From Opitutus sp. GAS368 (GTDB lineage Bacteria; Verrucomicrobiota; Verrucomicrobiia; Opitutales; UBA953), in contig CAMBGQ010000001.1 of NCBI GenBank assembly GCA_945866215.1, positions 36,150-100,149 of the forward strand: 64,000 nucleotides of DNA, written 5' to 3'. This document shows positions 36,891 through 46,776 of this stretch, piece by piece; positions within the stretch are counted from its first letter, which is position 1; each line of letters begins with the position of its first letter. Under the pieces are notes generated by a model. The model did not search any database and was not told the DNA's origin. It saw only the letters and a list, made by a program, of their open reading frames with translations. A program made the position numbers and the translations under genes.

Positions 36891-37682
36891 GTGGACAAGC
36901 TGACCGAAATCATGGACGCCAAGCGCCGGGAAATCGCCCCGTTTGCCCGTGCGGTCACGGACGAGGAGCTGGCGGCCTTCGCCAGTCGACACCAGACGCC
37001 CGGTTTTCGCCAGTCCCTGCAGGTCTCCGGACGACTGGCGGTCATCGCCGAGGTCAAACGAGCCTCGCCCAGCGTCGGCCAGATCCGTGAAGGCGTCGAC
37101 GCCGTCGCCCAAGCACGCGCCTATGCCGCCGCCGGGGCCGACTGCCTTTCGATCCTGACCGAGTCGCAGTATTTTAAGGGCGCCCTCGAGGACCTTATCC
37201 ACGTCGTGCAGGACCAGCCCAACGGGAAGCGACCCCTGCCCTGCCTGCGCAAGGATTTCATGGTGCATCCCTACCAGGTGCTTGAAGCCGCCCAGGCCGG
37301 CGCCCGTTGCGTTCTAATCATCGTGCGCGGTCTCAGCGACCCGGAAATCATCTCGATCCACCGGGCAGCGCGACTGGCCGGTCTCGACACGCTCTTTGAG
37401 GTCCACGATGAGGCCGAGCTCGAACGCGCCTTGCGGCACGATCCTGACCTCATCGGCGTCAACAACCGTAACCTGTCCACCTTCCAGATTGATCTATCCT
37501 TCGCTGAACGCGTCATCCCGCATATGCCAAAGTCTGTCCTGAAGGTCGCCGAGAGCGGCATCAAGACGGTCGAGGATGCCGCCCGCATGCGGGCCGCCGG
37601 CGCGCAAGCGTTGTTGGTCGGCGAATCCCTGATGCGTTCGCCGGATCCGGCAGCGTTGCTGCGGGCGCTGCAAACCGCATGA
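36891..37682 (+). CDS. trpC: Indole-3-glycerol phosphate synthase
   Basis: AVIAEVKRASPS, ILTE and GVNNRNL motifs. The GTG at 36891 start is tentative; the listed start is 36855. Confidence 0.9.
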   Translation: MDKLTEIMDAKRREIAPFARAVTDEELAAFASRHQTPGFRQSLQVSGRLAVIAEVKRASPSVGQIREGVDAVAQARAYAAAGADCLSILTESQYFKGALEDLIHVVQDQPNGKRPLPCLRKDFMVHPYQVLEAAQAGARCVLIIVRGLSDPEIISIHRAARLAGLDTLFEVHDEAELERALRHDPDLIGVNNRNLSTFQIDLSFAERVIPHMPKSVLKVAESGIKTVEDAARMRAAGAQALLVGESLMRSPDPAALLRALQTA

Positions 37683-38512
37683 ACGAGGGGCCACTTTCGC
37701 CGAATGAGACCCGGGACTTGCTGGCCCGTCTTGCGCATATGCCCAAGAAGTGGCTCGGCCAGAATTTCCTCATCGATGGTAATATCGTCCGCAAGTCGCT
37801 CGAGCTCGGCGAAGTCAAAGCGGGGGAGACCATCGTCGAGGTCGGGCCAGGCCTCGGCACGCTGACCCGCACCCTGCTCGGCGCCGGCGTCGACCTCTAT
37901 GCGGTCGAGGCTGACCGGACGATGCACTTCCATTTGACGGAGTCGTTGCTGGCGCGCTTCCCGCAGACGTTCCACCTCAAGGAGGGAGACGCCGTCGACT
38001 TCCCCCGCGCCGGTCTCGTCGACCCGACCGACGGCTCTTTCAAGGTCATCGCCAATCTTCCGTATGCGATTTCCACACCTTGGATGGACGCAATCTGCGC
38101 CGGGCCTCACCCGTCGCTCATGGTGCTCATGCTGCAGCGCGAAGCGGCTGAACGCCTGACTGCCGAGGTCGGGACTGGCCATTGGTCCGCCGTGACCGCG
38201 CAGGTCCACCTGGCCTTCGAGAAGATCAAGGTCCACCCGGTGCCGGCCCAGTCGTTCAACCCTCCGCCCAAAGTCGATTCGTGCCTGCTCGTGCTGCGCC
38301 GCCGACCCGACGCCCGGCGGCTTTCAACCCGGGCCCGTGAGGTCGCCCGTATGCTCTTCACCCAACGTCGCAAGCAGGTCGCCTCCGCCGCCAAGAAGCT
38401 GTTCCCGGGCGCCGCCGATGTCACGGCCTGGCTGGGCGAACTCCCGCGCTACGGCTTGACCGGGCTGGCGCGGCCAGAGGCGATTCCCGCTGAAGCCTGG
38501 CTGACTCTCTGA
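37679..38512 (+). CDS. rsmA: 16S rRNA (adenine1518/1519-N6)-dimethyltransferase
   Basis: LGQNFLID, VEVGPGLGTLT and ANLPYAIS motifs. ATGA overlap with trpC. Confidence 0.92.
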   Translation: MNEGPLSPNETRDLLARLAHMPKKWLGQNFLIDGNIVRKSLELGEVKAGETIVEVGPGLGTLTRTLLGAGVDLYAVEADRTMHFHLTESLLARFPQTFHLKEGDAVDFPRAGLVDPTDGSFKVIANLPYAISTPWMDAICAGPHPSLMVLMLQREAAERLTAEVGTGHWSAVTAQVHLAFEKIKVHPVPAQSFNPPPKVDSCLLVLRRRPDARRLSTRAREVARMLFTQRRKQVASAAKKLFPGAADVTAWLGELPRYGLTGLARPEAIPAEAWLTL

Positions 38513-38556
38513 CGCCAGAGGTTGCTTTCCGGCCCGTCTCTGCTCCTTATTCCGCT

Positions 38557-39936
38557 ATGTCCGTCAAAGTAGGCCTTGTCTCCCTTGGTTGCGCCAAGAA
38601 CCTGATCGATTCCGAGATCATGATCGGCCACCTGGCCAAGGCCGGCATGTCCATGACGGCCGACGCCTCCGAAGCGGACGTGGTCATCGTGAATACCTGC
38701 TCCTTCATCGACGCCTCGAAGCACGAAGCCCTCGAGGCTATTTATGAGATGAGCGACGGCAAGGCCACCGCCCGCAAGAAGGGCCAGAAGCTAATCGTCG
38801 CGGGTTGCATGTCCCAGCGCTACCAAGGCGCCCTCCCGGTCGTCGAGGGTGCCAAGGGTCACGTCGAACTACCCAAGGTCGACGCGTTCATCGGCCTCGA
38901 CCAAGTCACAAACATTGTGCCCGTCATCCATAAGGTCATGGGCGGCGAAGCCGGCATGACCGAGTTCCTCTCCAAGACGACGACCTTCATCCCGGATTTC
39001 GACACCCCGCGCTTCCGCCTGACCCCGCGCCACTCCGCGTACATCAAGATCGCCGAAGGCTGCAACCACCCCTGTTCCTTCTGCATTATTCCACGCATCC
39101 GCGGGCGCCATCGCAGCCGCACGGTCGAATCCGTCGTCAAGGAAGCCCGTCAACTCGTCGCCGAGGGCGTCAAGGAACTCAATCTCATCTCCCAGGACAC
39201 GACCTATTTCGGCATGGACCGCTGGACCGAGGCCCGCCCCAACCCGCGCAGCAAGGTCGACTCCTCTAAAGGCGAATCGCTCGCCTCGCTGCTCCGCGAG
39301 CTCGACCAGATTGAGGGCGATTTCTGGATTCGCCTGCTTTACACGCACCCAGCCCACTGGAGCGACGAGCTCATCGAGACCATCGGCCAGTCCAAGCACG
39401 TGGTGCGCTACGTCGACATCCCGCTCCAGCATATCTCCGACCGGATGCTCGGCACGATGCAGCGTGAGACGGACGGCGCTTACATCCGCGACCTGATTGC
39501 ACGCATGCGCGCCGGTATCCCAGAGCTCGTCATCCGCACCACCTTCATCGTCGGCTTCCCCGGCGAGACCGAAGAGGACTTCACCGAGCTGCTCACCTTC
39601 CTTGAGGAGACCAAGTTCGATCGCGTCGGGGTGTTCAAGTATTCCAAGGAAGAAGGCACCAAGGGAGCGAAGATGGATGGTCACCTCTCCGCCGAGGTGA
39701 AAGCCGATCGCCACGCCCGCGCCATGCTCCTCCTCCAGCGCCTTTCCAAGCAGCGGGGCGAAGCCTTCGTGGGTCGCCGGCTCCGCGTCCTCGTCGAAAG
39801 CCCGGGCGTCGCCCGCAGCGTCGGCGACGCCATGGAAATCGACGGCGTCGTCAAGGTGCCGAAGAAGTTGGCAATCGGCCAGTTCGCCGAGGTGACTGTG
39901 ACCGGCGCCGAGGAATACGACCTGATTGCTAAGTGA
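38557..39936 (+). CDS. rimO: Ribosomal protein S12 methylthiotransferase RimO
   Basis: N-terminal SLGCAKNLIDSE, radical-SAM cluster CNHPCSFC and a C-terminal TRAM-like domain. Confidence 0.9.
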   Translation: MSVKVGLVSLGCAKNLIDSEIMIGHLAKAGMSMTADASEADVVIVNTCSFIDASKHEALEAIYEMSDGKATARKKGQKLIVAGCMSQRYQGALPVVEGAKGHVELPKVDAFIGLDQVTNIVPVIHKVMGGEAGMTEFLSKTTTFIPDFDTPRFRLTPRHSAYIKIAEGCNHPCSFCIIPRIRGRHRSRTVESVVKEARQLVAEGVKELNLISQDTTYFGMDRWTEARPNPRSKVDSSKGESLASLLRELDQIEGDFWIRLLYTHPAHWSDELIETIGQSKHVVRYVDIPLQHISDRMLGTMQRETDGAYIRDLIARMRAGIPELVIRTTFIVGFPGETEEDFTELLTFLEETKFDRVGVFKYSKEEGTKGAKMDGHLSAEVKADRHARAMLLLQRLSKQRGEAFVGRRLRVLVESPGVARSVGDAMEIDGVVKVPKKLAIGQFAEVTVTGAEEYDLIAK

Positions 39937-42456
39937 TCAGGACTCGACGTCGCGCTCCGGCGCCGCCTCCGCGGAGGCCGCGGCGGCCGGGGAGTCACTG
40001 AGCCGGATAAGCGCGTCGAGGGACGAAAAGTGCCGCGTCCAATCGGTCATGTCCGGGATGTCGCCCACGACGGCGGAGAATAACTCACGCTTCTCCTGTT
40101 TGAGTTCCTCGATGCGCTCCTCGACGGTGCCGGGGGCGATCATGCGATAGATTAGCACGGGGTTCTTCTGGCCGATACGGTGTACGCGGTCGACGGCCTG
40201 AGCCTCGACGGCGGGGTTCCACCACGGATCCATGAGGAAGACGTATTCGGCGGTGTTGAGCGTGATGCCGGTCCCCCCTGCCTTGAGGGAAGCGAGGAAC
40301 AAGGCGGGGCCCTTGGTCTCCTTGAATTGCTCGACCGGGGCGGAGCGATCCTTGGTCTCGCCGGTCAGCTCGTAGATGGGGAGCGACGGGAGGTCGCGGG
40401 CCAGCGCGGATTTCACGCGCTCGATGAGCGAGACGAATTGCGAGAAGACGACCGCCTTGGAGCCGTTGGCGGCAATCTCAGCAAGCTTGGACACCAGCAG
40501 CGTGACCTTGCCGGAATGGGCCGAGGGACAGTGCGAATTCTCCGGCAGCAGGCCGGGGTCGCAGCAGACCTGCCGCAGGCGCATGAGCAAGGTAAGCACC
40601 GAGGTAGCGTCCTTCGAGAGCAAGGTAGCCAGTTCGCCCGACAGGCCGCTGCCCTGCGTCAGATGCTGATAGAGGGCGCGCTGCTCGTGGGTGAGCGGGC
40701 ACGGGAGGACGACCTCCATCTTCGGCGGGATATCGGCGGCGACATGACGTTTGAGCCGGCGCAGGATGAAGGGGGAGACCTGCCGGCGCACCTTGCCGAG
40801 GGCGACGGAAGCGTCGCGCAGCATCAGACGCTCGAAATGGGCTCGCTTGCCCAGCAGCCCGGGCATTAGGAAACGGAAGATTGTCCAGATATCGGTCGGA
40901 CGGTTCTCGAGGGGCGTGCCCGTGATCGCGATGCGATGATCAGCCAACAACGAGACGCAGGTCTGCGTCGTCTTTGACTCCGGGTTCTTGATCGCCTGAG
41001 CTTCGTCAAGCACCGCGTAGCCGAAGCGGGTCTTGGGCAGCAGGTCGGCATGGCGGCGCAGTTGGGTGTAACTGGAGATCCAGAGCCGCGCCGTGGGATT
41101 TCGCACGAAATCATCGTCGGCGGTTAGCACCGCTGTGCCAGCGGTCATCTCGGGATGGAAACGCTTGATCTCGCCGAGCCAGACGGGGATGACGCTGGCG
41201 GGGCAGACGATAAGGGAGCGTTCGCCGGACGGGCGCGAGCTGAGCAAGGCGAGGACTTGCAGGGTCTTGCCGAGACCCATCTCGTCGGCGAGCAGCGGGT
41301 GAGCCCCGAGTTCGCACAGTCGGCCGAGCCAGGCGACGCCCTTGGCCTGGTAAGGGCGCAGGTGCGCGGGCAGACAGGTGGAAGGAGTCGGCTCTTGCAG
41401 CAATTTATCTTTCCATGCCTTGAGGTCGTCGTTGAGCTTCAGTGCCCCGACCGCAGCGTGGTCGAAGAGCGACAGGAGTAGGTAGCGGGGCACCTCGCCG
41501 TCCTTGGCCCGCCAGTCTTCGGAGAAGTCGGCGACCGCGGCGTTATAGGCGACGACGCCCTTGCCTGGCAGGATGACTGGACGTCCGCCGGCCTTGAGCA
41601 GCAGTTTCTGCTCATCAGCCAGGAGGCGATGCCCCCCAGCCTTGAGGCGCCAGTTCAGCCGGAAGGTTTTACCGTCGGCCACGGATTCAGCGTCGGCGTC
41701 GATGGCGACCTGCAGCTGCTCGTTGCGGAAGATATTGAGGGCATCCTCGCCCACGAGCTTGAAGCGCTTGCGCCAGTCGTTGAGTTCTTCGCGCACGAAA
41801 CGCTCGATTCGTCCGATGTTGTCAATTGCCCAGGCGCCGGTGGCCTTGCTGTAGACGAACCCCGCGCGGTGCGCTACGGTATTGAAGCGGAAGAGCGTCT
41901 GCCTTTGCTCGTCGGAAAGCTCGTCGACTGGGACCGCCCCCGGCCCAAAGCAGTTTAAGGCGTGACCGCCCCGCCCCGCCCAGGCGGCGGAGACCTTGAG
42001 CCATTCCGACGTCAATTCGAACGTGACTTGGAGTTTTAGGGAGGCGCGCCCATGAGCGTCCTTGCGTTCCGGCTCCTTGGGTGCCGGGGTCGTCGTCGTG
42101 GCGGCGGACTCGTCGATTGCCGGGATCTCATCGGCGATGAGTTCCTCAATCTCATAGATGGATGCGACGGCGAAAGGTGCCCCGTTTTCCTCCTCGGGGA
42201 GAGAAGTGCGCCATTCGAGTTTCTTGCCATTGATCTCGATCACCGCGCGCACCGTCTGCGTCTCGGTACGCGTGACCGCTTCGGCATTCTCGATCTTAAG
42301 CTCAATCTGCCGGACCAACCCTTCGGTGTAGAGTCGACGCCCTTCAAGCAGATCGGCCTCATTGAAGGCTTCCTCCCATTCATCTGGCAGCGACACGAAC
42401 CACCGTTCCAGGGCTTCAGTGGAGTAGGAGCGATTAGCCGGACGTGGGGACGACAT
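39937..42456 (-). CDS. SNF2-family DEAD/DEAH-box helicase with about 380-aa N-terminal non-helicase region
   Basis: Motif I LADEMGLGKTLQ, motif II LDEAQAIKN and C-terminal helicase motif QAVDRVHRIGQ. ATG at 42456 (MSSPRPA). Confidence 0.85.
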   Translation of the reverse strand: MSSPRPANRSYSTEALERWFVSLPDEWEEAFNEADLLEGRRLYTEGLVRQIELKIENAEAVTRTETQTVRAVIEINGKKLEWRTSLPEEENGAPFAVASIYEIEELIADEIPAIDESAATTTTPAPKEPERKDAHGRASLKLQVTFELTSEWLKVSAAWAGRGGHALNCFGPGAVPVDELSDEQRQTLFRFNTVAHRAGFVYSKATGAWAIDNIGRIERFVREELNDWRKRFKLVGEDALNIFRNEQLQVAIDADAESVADGKTFRLNWRLKAGGHRLLADEQKLLLKAGGRPVILPGKGVVAYNAAVADFSEDWRAKDGEVPRYLLLSLFDHAAVGALKLNDDLKAWKDKLLQEPTPSTCLPAHLRPYQAKGVAWLGRLCELGAHPLLADEMGLGKTLQVLALLSSRPSGERSLIVCPASVIPVWLGEIKRFHPEMTAGTAVLTADDDFVRNPTARLWISSYTQLRRHADLLPKTRFGYAVLDEAQAIKNPESKTTQTCVSLLADHRIAITGTPLENRPTDIWTIFRFLMPGLLGKRAHFERLMLRDASVALGKVRRQVSPFILRRLKRHVAADIPPKMEVVLPCPLTHEQRALYQHLTQGSGLSGELATLLSKDATSVLTLLMRLRQVCCDPGLLPENSHCPSAHSGKVTLLVSKLAEIAANGSKAVVFSQFVSLIERVKSALARDLPSLPIYELTGETKDRSAPVEQFKETKGPALFLASLKAGGTGITLNTAEYVFLMDPWWNPAVEAQAVDRVHRIGQKNPVLIYRMIAPGTVEERIEELKQEKRELFSAVVGDIPDMTDWTRHFSSLDALIRLSDSPAAAASAEAAPERDVES

Positions 42457-42610
42457 CGACGGAACTGAATTAAACCTGCCCCGTTTTCCTCTTACAATCC
42501 CCAAACTAGGGGAAATATGAGCATCCTCCGAAACGCACAGAGGTGGGTCTGGGCTTGTTAAGCATCACTTCGAGCGTATAAATAAGCCTCACCTTTTTAC
42601 AGGCATAGAA

Positions 42611-45334
42611 ATGAAACATCTTAGCGTCGGTTCCCGTTGGAATGCGGATCTCGTATCCTCTTATCACGAGCAGTGGACAAAGGACCCCTCGTCGGTGGAC
42701 GCCGAATGGCGGGCGTTCTTCGAAGGCTTCGAACTCGGCCTAAGTCTCCCGCCAAAGCCCGCCAAGGGCGCCGTACCCGCTGCCACCGGGGTGGATGCCG
42801 CCGCCCAATGGAAAGTCCTCGCTGCCATCCAGGCCTACCGGATGCTTGGCCACCAGCAGGCGCGCCTCAACCCGCTCGCCGACCCGATTCCCCACTTCGA
42901 GCTGACGGAAAAGGCGCTCGGCCTCGACGGCATCCCGGCGGATCGTGTCTTTCACACCGGTGATTTCCTCGGCGGTAAGTCGCTCCCGCTCGGCGAGATT
43001 GTCGCCCAGCTGAAATCCATCTACTGCTCGCCCATCGGCGTCGAATTCACCCACATCCAGAACGGCGAACGGCGTCGCTGGCTACAGGAGCGCGTCGAAG
43101 CCTGCGGCCTGCGGCCCGCCTATGCCGAGGTCGACCGCCGGCGCTTCTTGCGCACGATCGTGCAGGCGGAGCAGTTCGAACGTTTCCTCCATAAAACCTT
43201 CGTTGGTGCTAAGCGCTTCTCCGTCGAAGGTGGCGAAGTCATGCTCGCCGCCCTCGATCAGGTCATCACCCTCTCCCCACGCCTCGGCGTGAGCGACCTC
43301 ATCATCGGCATGGCCCATCGGGGGCGCCTCAACGTCCTCGTCAACATCTGCGGCAAGAAGTCCGAGGTACTCTTCGCCGGCTTCTCGGAAAACCATGTGC
43401 CGGATACCACCCACGGCGACGGCGACGTGAAGTATCACCTCGGCTATGCCGGCGCCCGTCTCGTCGATGGTAAGGAGGTTAGCATCACGCTGGCTTACAA
43501 CCCCAGTCACTTGGAAGCGGTCAATCCCGTCGTGCTTGGGCGGACCCGCGCACTCGTCGACCTTCAAGGAGGCGGCGACCGCGCGAAGGCCCTGCCGATT
43601 CTGCTGCACGGCGACGCCGCCTTCGCCGGCCAGGGCGTAGTCATGGAAACGCTCAACCTTGCCGAGCTCAAAGGCTATCAGGTCGGGGGTACACTACACC
43701 TCGTGAGCAATAACCAAGTTGGCTTCACCACCGATCCGGACGAGTCCCGGACGGGCCGCCACTGCACCGAGATCGCCAAGTTCACCGAAGCACCTGTCCT
43801 GCACGCCAACGGCGACGACCCCGATGCCGTGCTGCTCGCCACCGAGATCGCCCTCGAGTATCGTCAAAAGTTCGCCGCCGATGCGGTCGTCGACATCGTC
43901 TGCTACCGTCGGTACGGCCACAACGAGGCCGATGAACCGGCCTTCACGCAGCCGATGCTCTATAAAGAAATCGCGGTCCACCCGTCCGTTGCCGAACTCT
44001 ACGCCGCCCGCCTTACCGAATGCGGTTCGGCGCCGGACGGCGAGTTGGTCGCGCTACGTAACGAGTTCGACATCCTGCTCAACTCCGCCCTGACGCGCGC
44101 CCAGGCCGCGCTCGCCGTCGAAATCGAGGAGCGGAAGAAGACCCCCATCGGAGTCCGCCCGTTCCAGTCTCCTTACACGCATTCGGTCGACACCTCCACT
44201 CCGCGCTCGATCCTCGACAAGGTCGCCCCGGTCTTGTGGCAACTCCCGCCAGACTTCTCCCCCAACCCCAAGATTCGGCGCCAGCTTGAGGCCAAGGCCG
44301 AGGCCTATAAGTCCGGGCTCAACATCGACTGGAGCCTTGGCGAGGGGCTGGCCTTCGCTTCCCTGCTCGCCGAAGGCTACCCGGTCCGCCTATCCGGGCA
44401 GGATTGCGAACGCGGCACTTTCTCCCACCGGCACGCCGTGCTGCATGACCCGGCTAATGACGCGGAGTATTGTCCGCTTGGCTCCATCGCCGGCGCCGAG
44501 ATCGAGCTCGTGAACTCCACGTTGTCTGAATACGCCATCCTTGGCTTTGATTACGGCTACTCGCTCGAGGCCCCGGATGCGCTCGTGGTCTGGGAGGCGC
44601 AGTTCGGCGACTTCGCAAACGGCGCGCAGATCATCATCGACCAGTTCATCGCCTCCGCAGAATCGAAATGGGGCCAGACCAGCGGGATTGTGATGTTGCT
44701 TCCCCACGGCTACGAAGGCCAAGGTCCCGAACACTCCTCCGCCCGGGTCGAACGTTTCTTGCAGCTCTGCGCCGAAAATAACCTGCAGGTCGTCCAGCCT
44801 TCCACCCCGGCCCAGCTTTTCCACGTGCTGCGCCGACAGGTGAAGTCCGAGCACCGCAAACCGCTCGTGGTGATGACCCCCAAAAGCCTCCTCCGGCTCA
44901 AGGCCTGCGTCAGCTCTCTGGAAGACTTCACCGCGGGCAGGTTCCACTCCGTACTCACGGACGCTGCGCCCGCCGCCAAGACGGAACGGCTCCTCATCTG
45001 CTCCGGTAAGGTCTACTTCGAGCTCCTCGCCGAACGCGAGGCTCGCAAGGACACGCGCACGTCCATCATCCGACTTGAGCAGTTCTACCCCTTCGATCGT
45101 GAAGCGCTCGCCAAGGTTCACGCGGCCCTGGGGTCACCGACCAAAGTCGTCTGGGTCCAGGACGAGCCTAAGAATATGGGGGGCTGGTCCTTCGTCGCCG
45201 AACAAATCGAGACCACCCTCGGCCTCCGACCCATCTTCGCTGGACGCGATGCGGCCGCCTCCCCGGCGGTCGGCTCGCTCTCGGTCCACCGAATCGAACA
45301 GGCGGATGTTCTGAAGCAGGCCTTTACCGCCTAA
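42611..45334 (+). CDS. sucA: 2-oxoglutarate dehydrogenase E1 component
   Basis: 907 aa with GMAHRGRLNVL, HGDAAFAGQGVV and RRYGHNEADEP motifs. Confidence 0.95.
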   Translation: MKHLSVGSRWNADLVSSYHEQWTKDPSSVDAEWRAFFEGFELGLSLPPKPAKGAVPAATGVDAAAQWKVLAAIQAYRMLGHQQARLNPLADPIPHFELTEKALGLDGIPADRVFHTGDFLGGKSLPLGEIVAQLKSIYCSPIGVEFTHIQNGERRRWLQERVEACGLRPAYAEVDRRRFLRTIVQAEQFERFLHKTFVGAKRFSVEGGEVMLAALDQVITLSPRLGVSDLIIGMAHRGRLNVLVNICGKKSEVLFAGFSENHVPDTTHGDGDVKYHLGYAGARLVDGKEVSITLAYNPSHLEAVNPVVLGRTRALVDLQGGGDRAKALPILLHGDAAFAGQGVVMETLNLAELKGYQVGGTLHLVSNNQVGFTTDPDESRTGRHCTEIAKFTEAPVLHANGDDPDAVLLATEIALEYRQKFAADAVVDIVCYRRYGHNEADEPAFTQPMLYKEIAVHPSVAELYAARLTECGSAPDGELVALRNEFDILLNSALTRAQAALAVEIEERKKTPIGVRPFQSPYTHSVDTSTPRSILDKVAPVLWQLPPDFSPNPKIRRQLEAKAEAYKSGLNIDWSLGEGLAFASLLAEGYPVRLSGQDCERGTFSHRHAVLHDPANDAEYCPLGSIAGAEIELVNSTLSEYAILGFDYGYSLEAPDALVVWEAQFGDFANGAQIIIDQFIASAESKWGQTSGIVMLLPHGYEGQGPEHSSARVERFLQLCAENNLQVVQPSTPAQLFHVLRRQVKSEHRKPLVVMTPKSLLRLKACVSSLEDFTAGRFHSVLTDAAPAAKTERLLICSGKVYFELLAEREARKDTRTSIIRLEQFYPFDREALAKVHAALGSPTKVVWVQDEPKNMGGWSFVAEQIETTLGLRPIFAGRDAAASPAVGSLSVHRIEQADVLKQAFTA

Positions 45335-45473
45335 GTGCCGACAGTAGCCGGCTTTCTTTGGGCGGCAGTACCCCCTACTACCCCCATTTCTGGTGGTCAA
45401 TGTCAGCTGGCGGGGTCATTTACCCGTTGAAACGAGCCCGAATGGCGACCAAGGTTCGACCTACTCAATTTAC

Positions 45474-46751
45474 ATGGCCGTCGAAGTCAAAATCCCACCC
45501 ATGGGTGAATCCATCACCGGGGGCCTCCTCGCCGCTTGGTTAGTCAAAAACGGCGATACCGTGCGGAAAGGGCAGCCCCTCTTCTCCTACGAAACCGACA
45601 AGGTGACCTCCGAGGGTACCGCCGAGGTTGATGGCAAAATCACCCTAGGCGTCGCAGCCGGCTCCGAAGTCCTCGTCGGTCAGGTGGTCGCCTCGATTGA
45701 AGCAGGCGCCGCAGGGAATGCGCCGTCCGCCCCGGCGCCAGCCGCCCAGCCCGCCCAGACTGCGGCCGTCCAGGCCAAGCCAACGACAAAGTCCGCCCCC
45801 CTCATCGTCAAATCTGGCGCCGCGGCTGAGCTCTCTCCTTCCGTCCGTCGTCTCTTCGCTGAAACTGGCCTCGATCCCGCTGGACTCGCTGGCACCGGCA
45901 AAGCTGGTCGAGTGACTAAAGGTGACATGCTCGCCGCCCTCGCCGGCCAGACGCCGATCTTCTCCGCCCCGCCCGTCGCGGTAGCAGCACCCGCCACCAC
46001 CTCGACCGCCGTAGCGGCCGCCCCCGCTCCCGCCGCCATCCCCTCCCGGGACGGACGCACATCGCGCAAGCGCCTATCTCCATTGCGCCGCAAGATTGCC
46101 GAGCGCCTTGTTCAGGCGAAGACCGAGACCGCGATGCTCACGACCTTCAACGAGGTCAACATGGCGCCGGTGATGGAACTACGTAAACGTCACGGCGAGG
46201 ATTTTCTCAAGAAATACGGGGTTAAACTTGGCTTCATGTCTTTCTTCGTGAAGGCGGCTGTCCAGGCGATGAAGGAAGTCCCCGCGATCAATGCGCAACT
46301 CGACGGCGACGAAGTCATCGAGAACCATTTCTATGACATCGGCGTGGCCGTCGGTACCGATAAAGGCCTCATGGTCCCCGTCGTCCGCGACTGTGACCAG
46401 CTCAACTTTGCCGGCATCGAAAAGGCGATCGGCGACTTTGGTAAACGCGCCCGCGACGGCAAAATCCAGCTCCCTGAACTCCAAGGCGGCGTCTTCACCA
46501 TCTCGAACGGTGGTATCTACGGCTCGATGCTCTCGACGCCAATTCTCAACCACCCGCAGGCCGCCATCATGGGTCTGCATAACATCGTCGAACGCCCCGT
46601 CGTCGAGCACGGCCAAGTCGTAATCCGCCCGATCATGTATCTCGCGCTGTCCTATGATCACCGGCTCATCGACGGCAAGGAAGCCGTGACCTTCCTCGTC
46701 AAGGTACGCCAATCCATCGAAGACCCGCAACGCCTGCTGTTCGGCGTCTAA
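45474..46751 (+). CDS. sucB: Dihydrolipoyllysine-residue succinyltransferase (E2o)
   Basis: Lipoyl domain (ETDKVTSE), Ala/Pro linkers, E3-binding LSPSVRRL and catalytic [12 protein letters not shown] at 45474. Confidence 0.93.
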   Translation: MAVEVKIPPMGESITGGLLAAWLVKNGDTVRKGQPLFSYETDKVTSEGTAEVDGKITLGVAAGSEVLVGQVVASIEAGAAGNAPSAPAPAAQPAQTAAVQAKPTTKSAPLIVKSGAAAELSPSVRRLFAETGLDPAGLAGTGKAGRVTKGDMLAALAGQTPIFSAPPVAVAAPATTSTAVAAAPAPAAIPSRDGRTSRKRLSPLRRKIAERLVQAKTETAMLTTFNEVNMAPVMELRKRHGEDFLKKYGVKLGFMSFFVKAAVQAMKEVPAINAQLDGDEVIENHFYDIGVAVGTDKGLMVPVVRDCDQLNFAGIEKAIGDFGKRARDGKIQLPELQGGVFTISNGGIYGSMLSTPILNHPQAAIMGLHNIVERPVVEHGQVVIRPIMYLALSYDHRLIDGKEAVTFLVKVRQSIEDPQRLLFGV

Positions 46752-46776
46752 ACTCTCCCTCCCACTCCCTCCCGCA

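Noticed and set aside
37271-38236. 321-aa ORF on the minus strand
   Set aside because: It is antisense to trpC and rsmA, both of which carry diagnostic motifs.
42516-42560. 14-codon mini-ORF (MSILRNAQRWVWAC) in the sucA 5' region
   Set aside because: It is too short to support from sequence alone, has no obvious ribosome-binding context or attenuator structure, and is probably fortuitous.
45335-45473. 139-bp sucA-sucB spacer with a small GCCG...CGGC hairpin followed by TTTCTTT
   Set aside because: The stem is only about 4 bp and no conserved RNA motif is recognisable. It is likely an ordinary intra-operon spacer.
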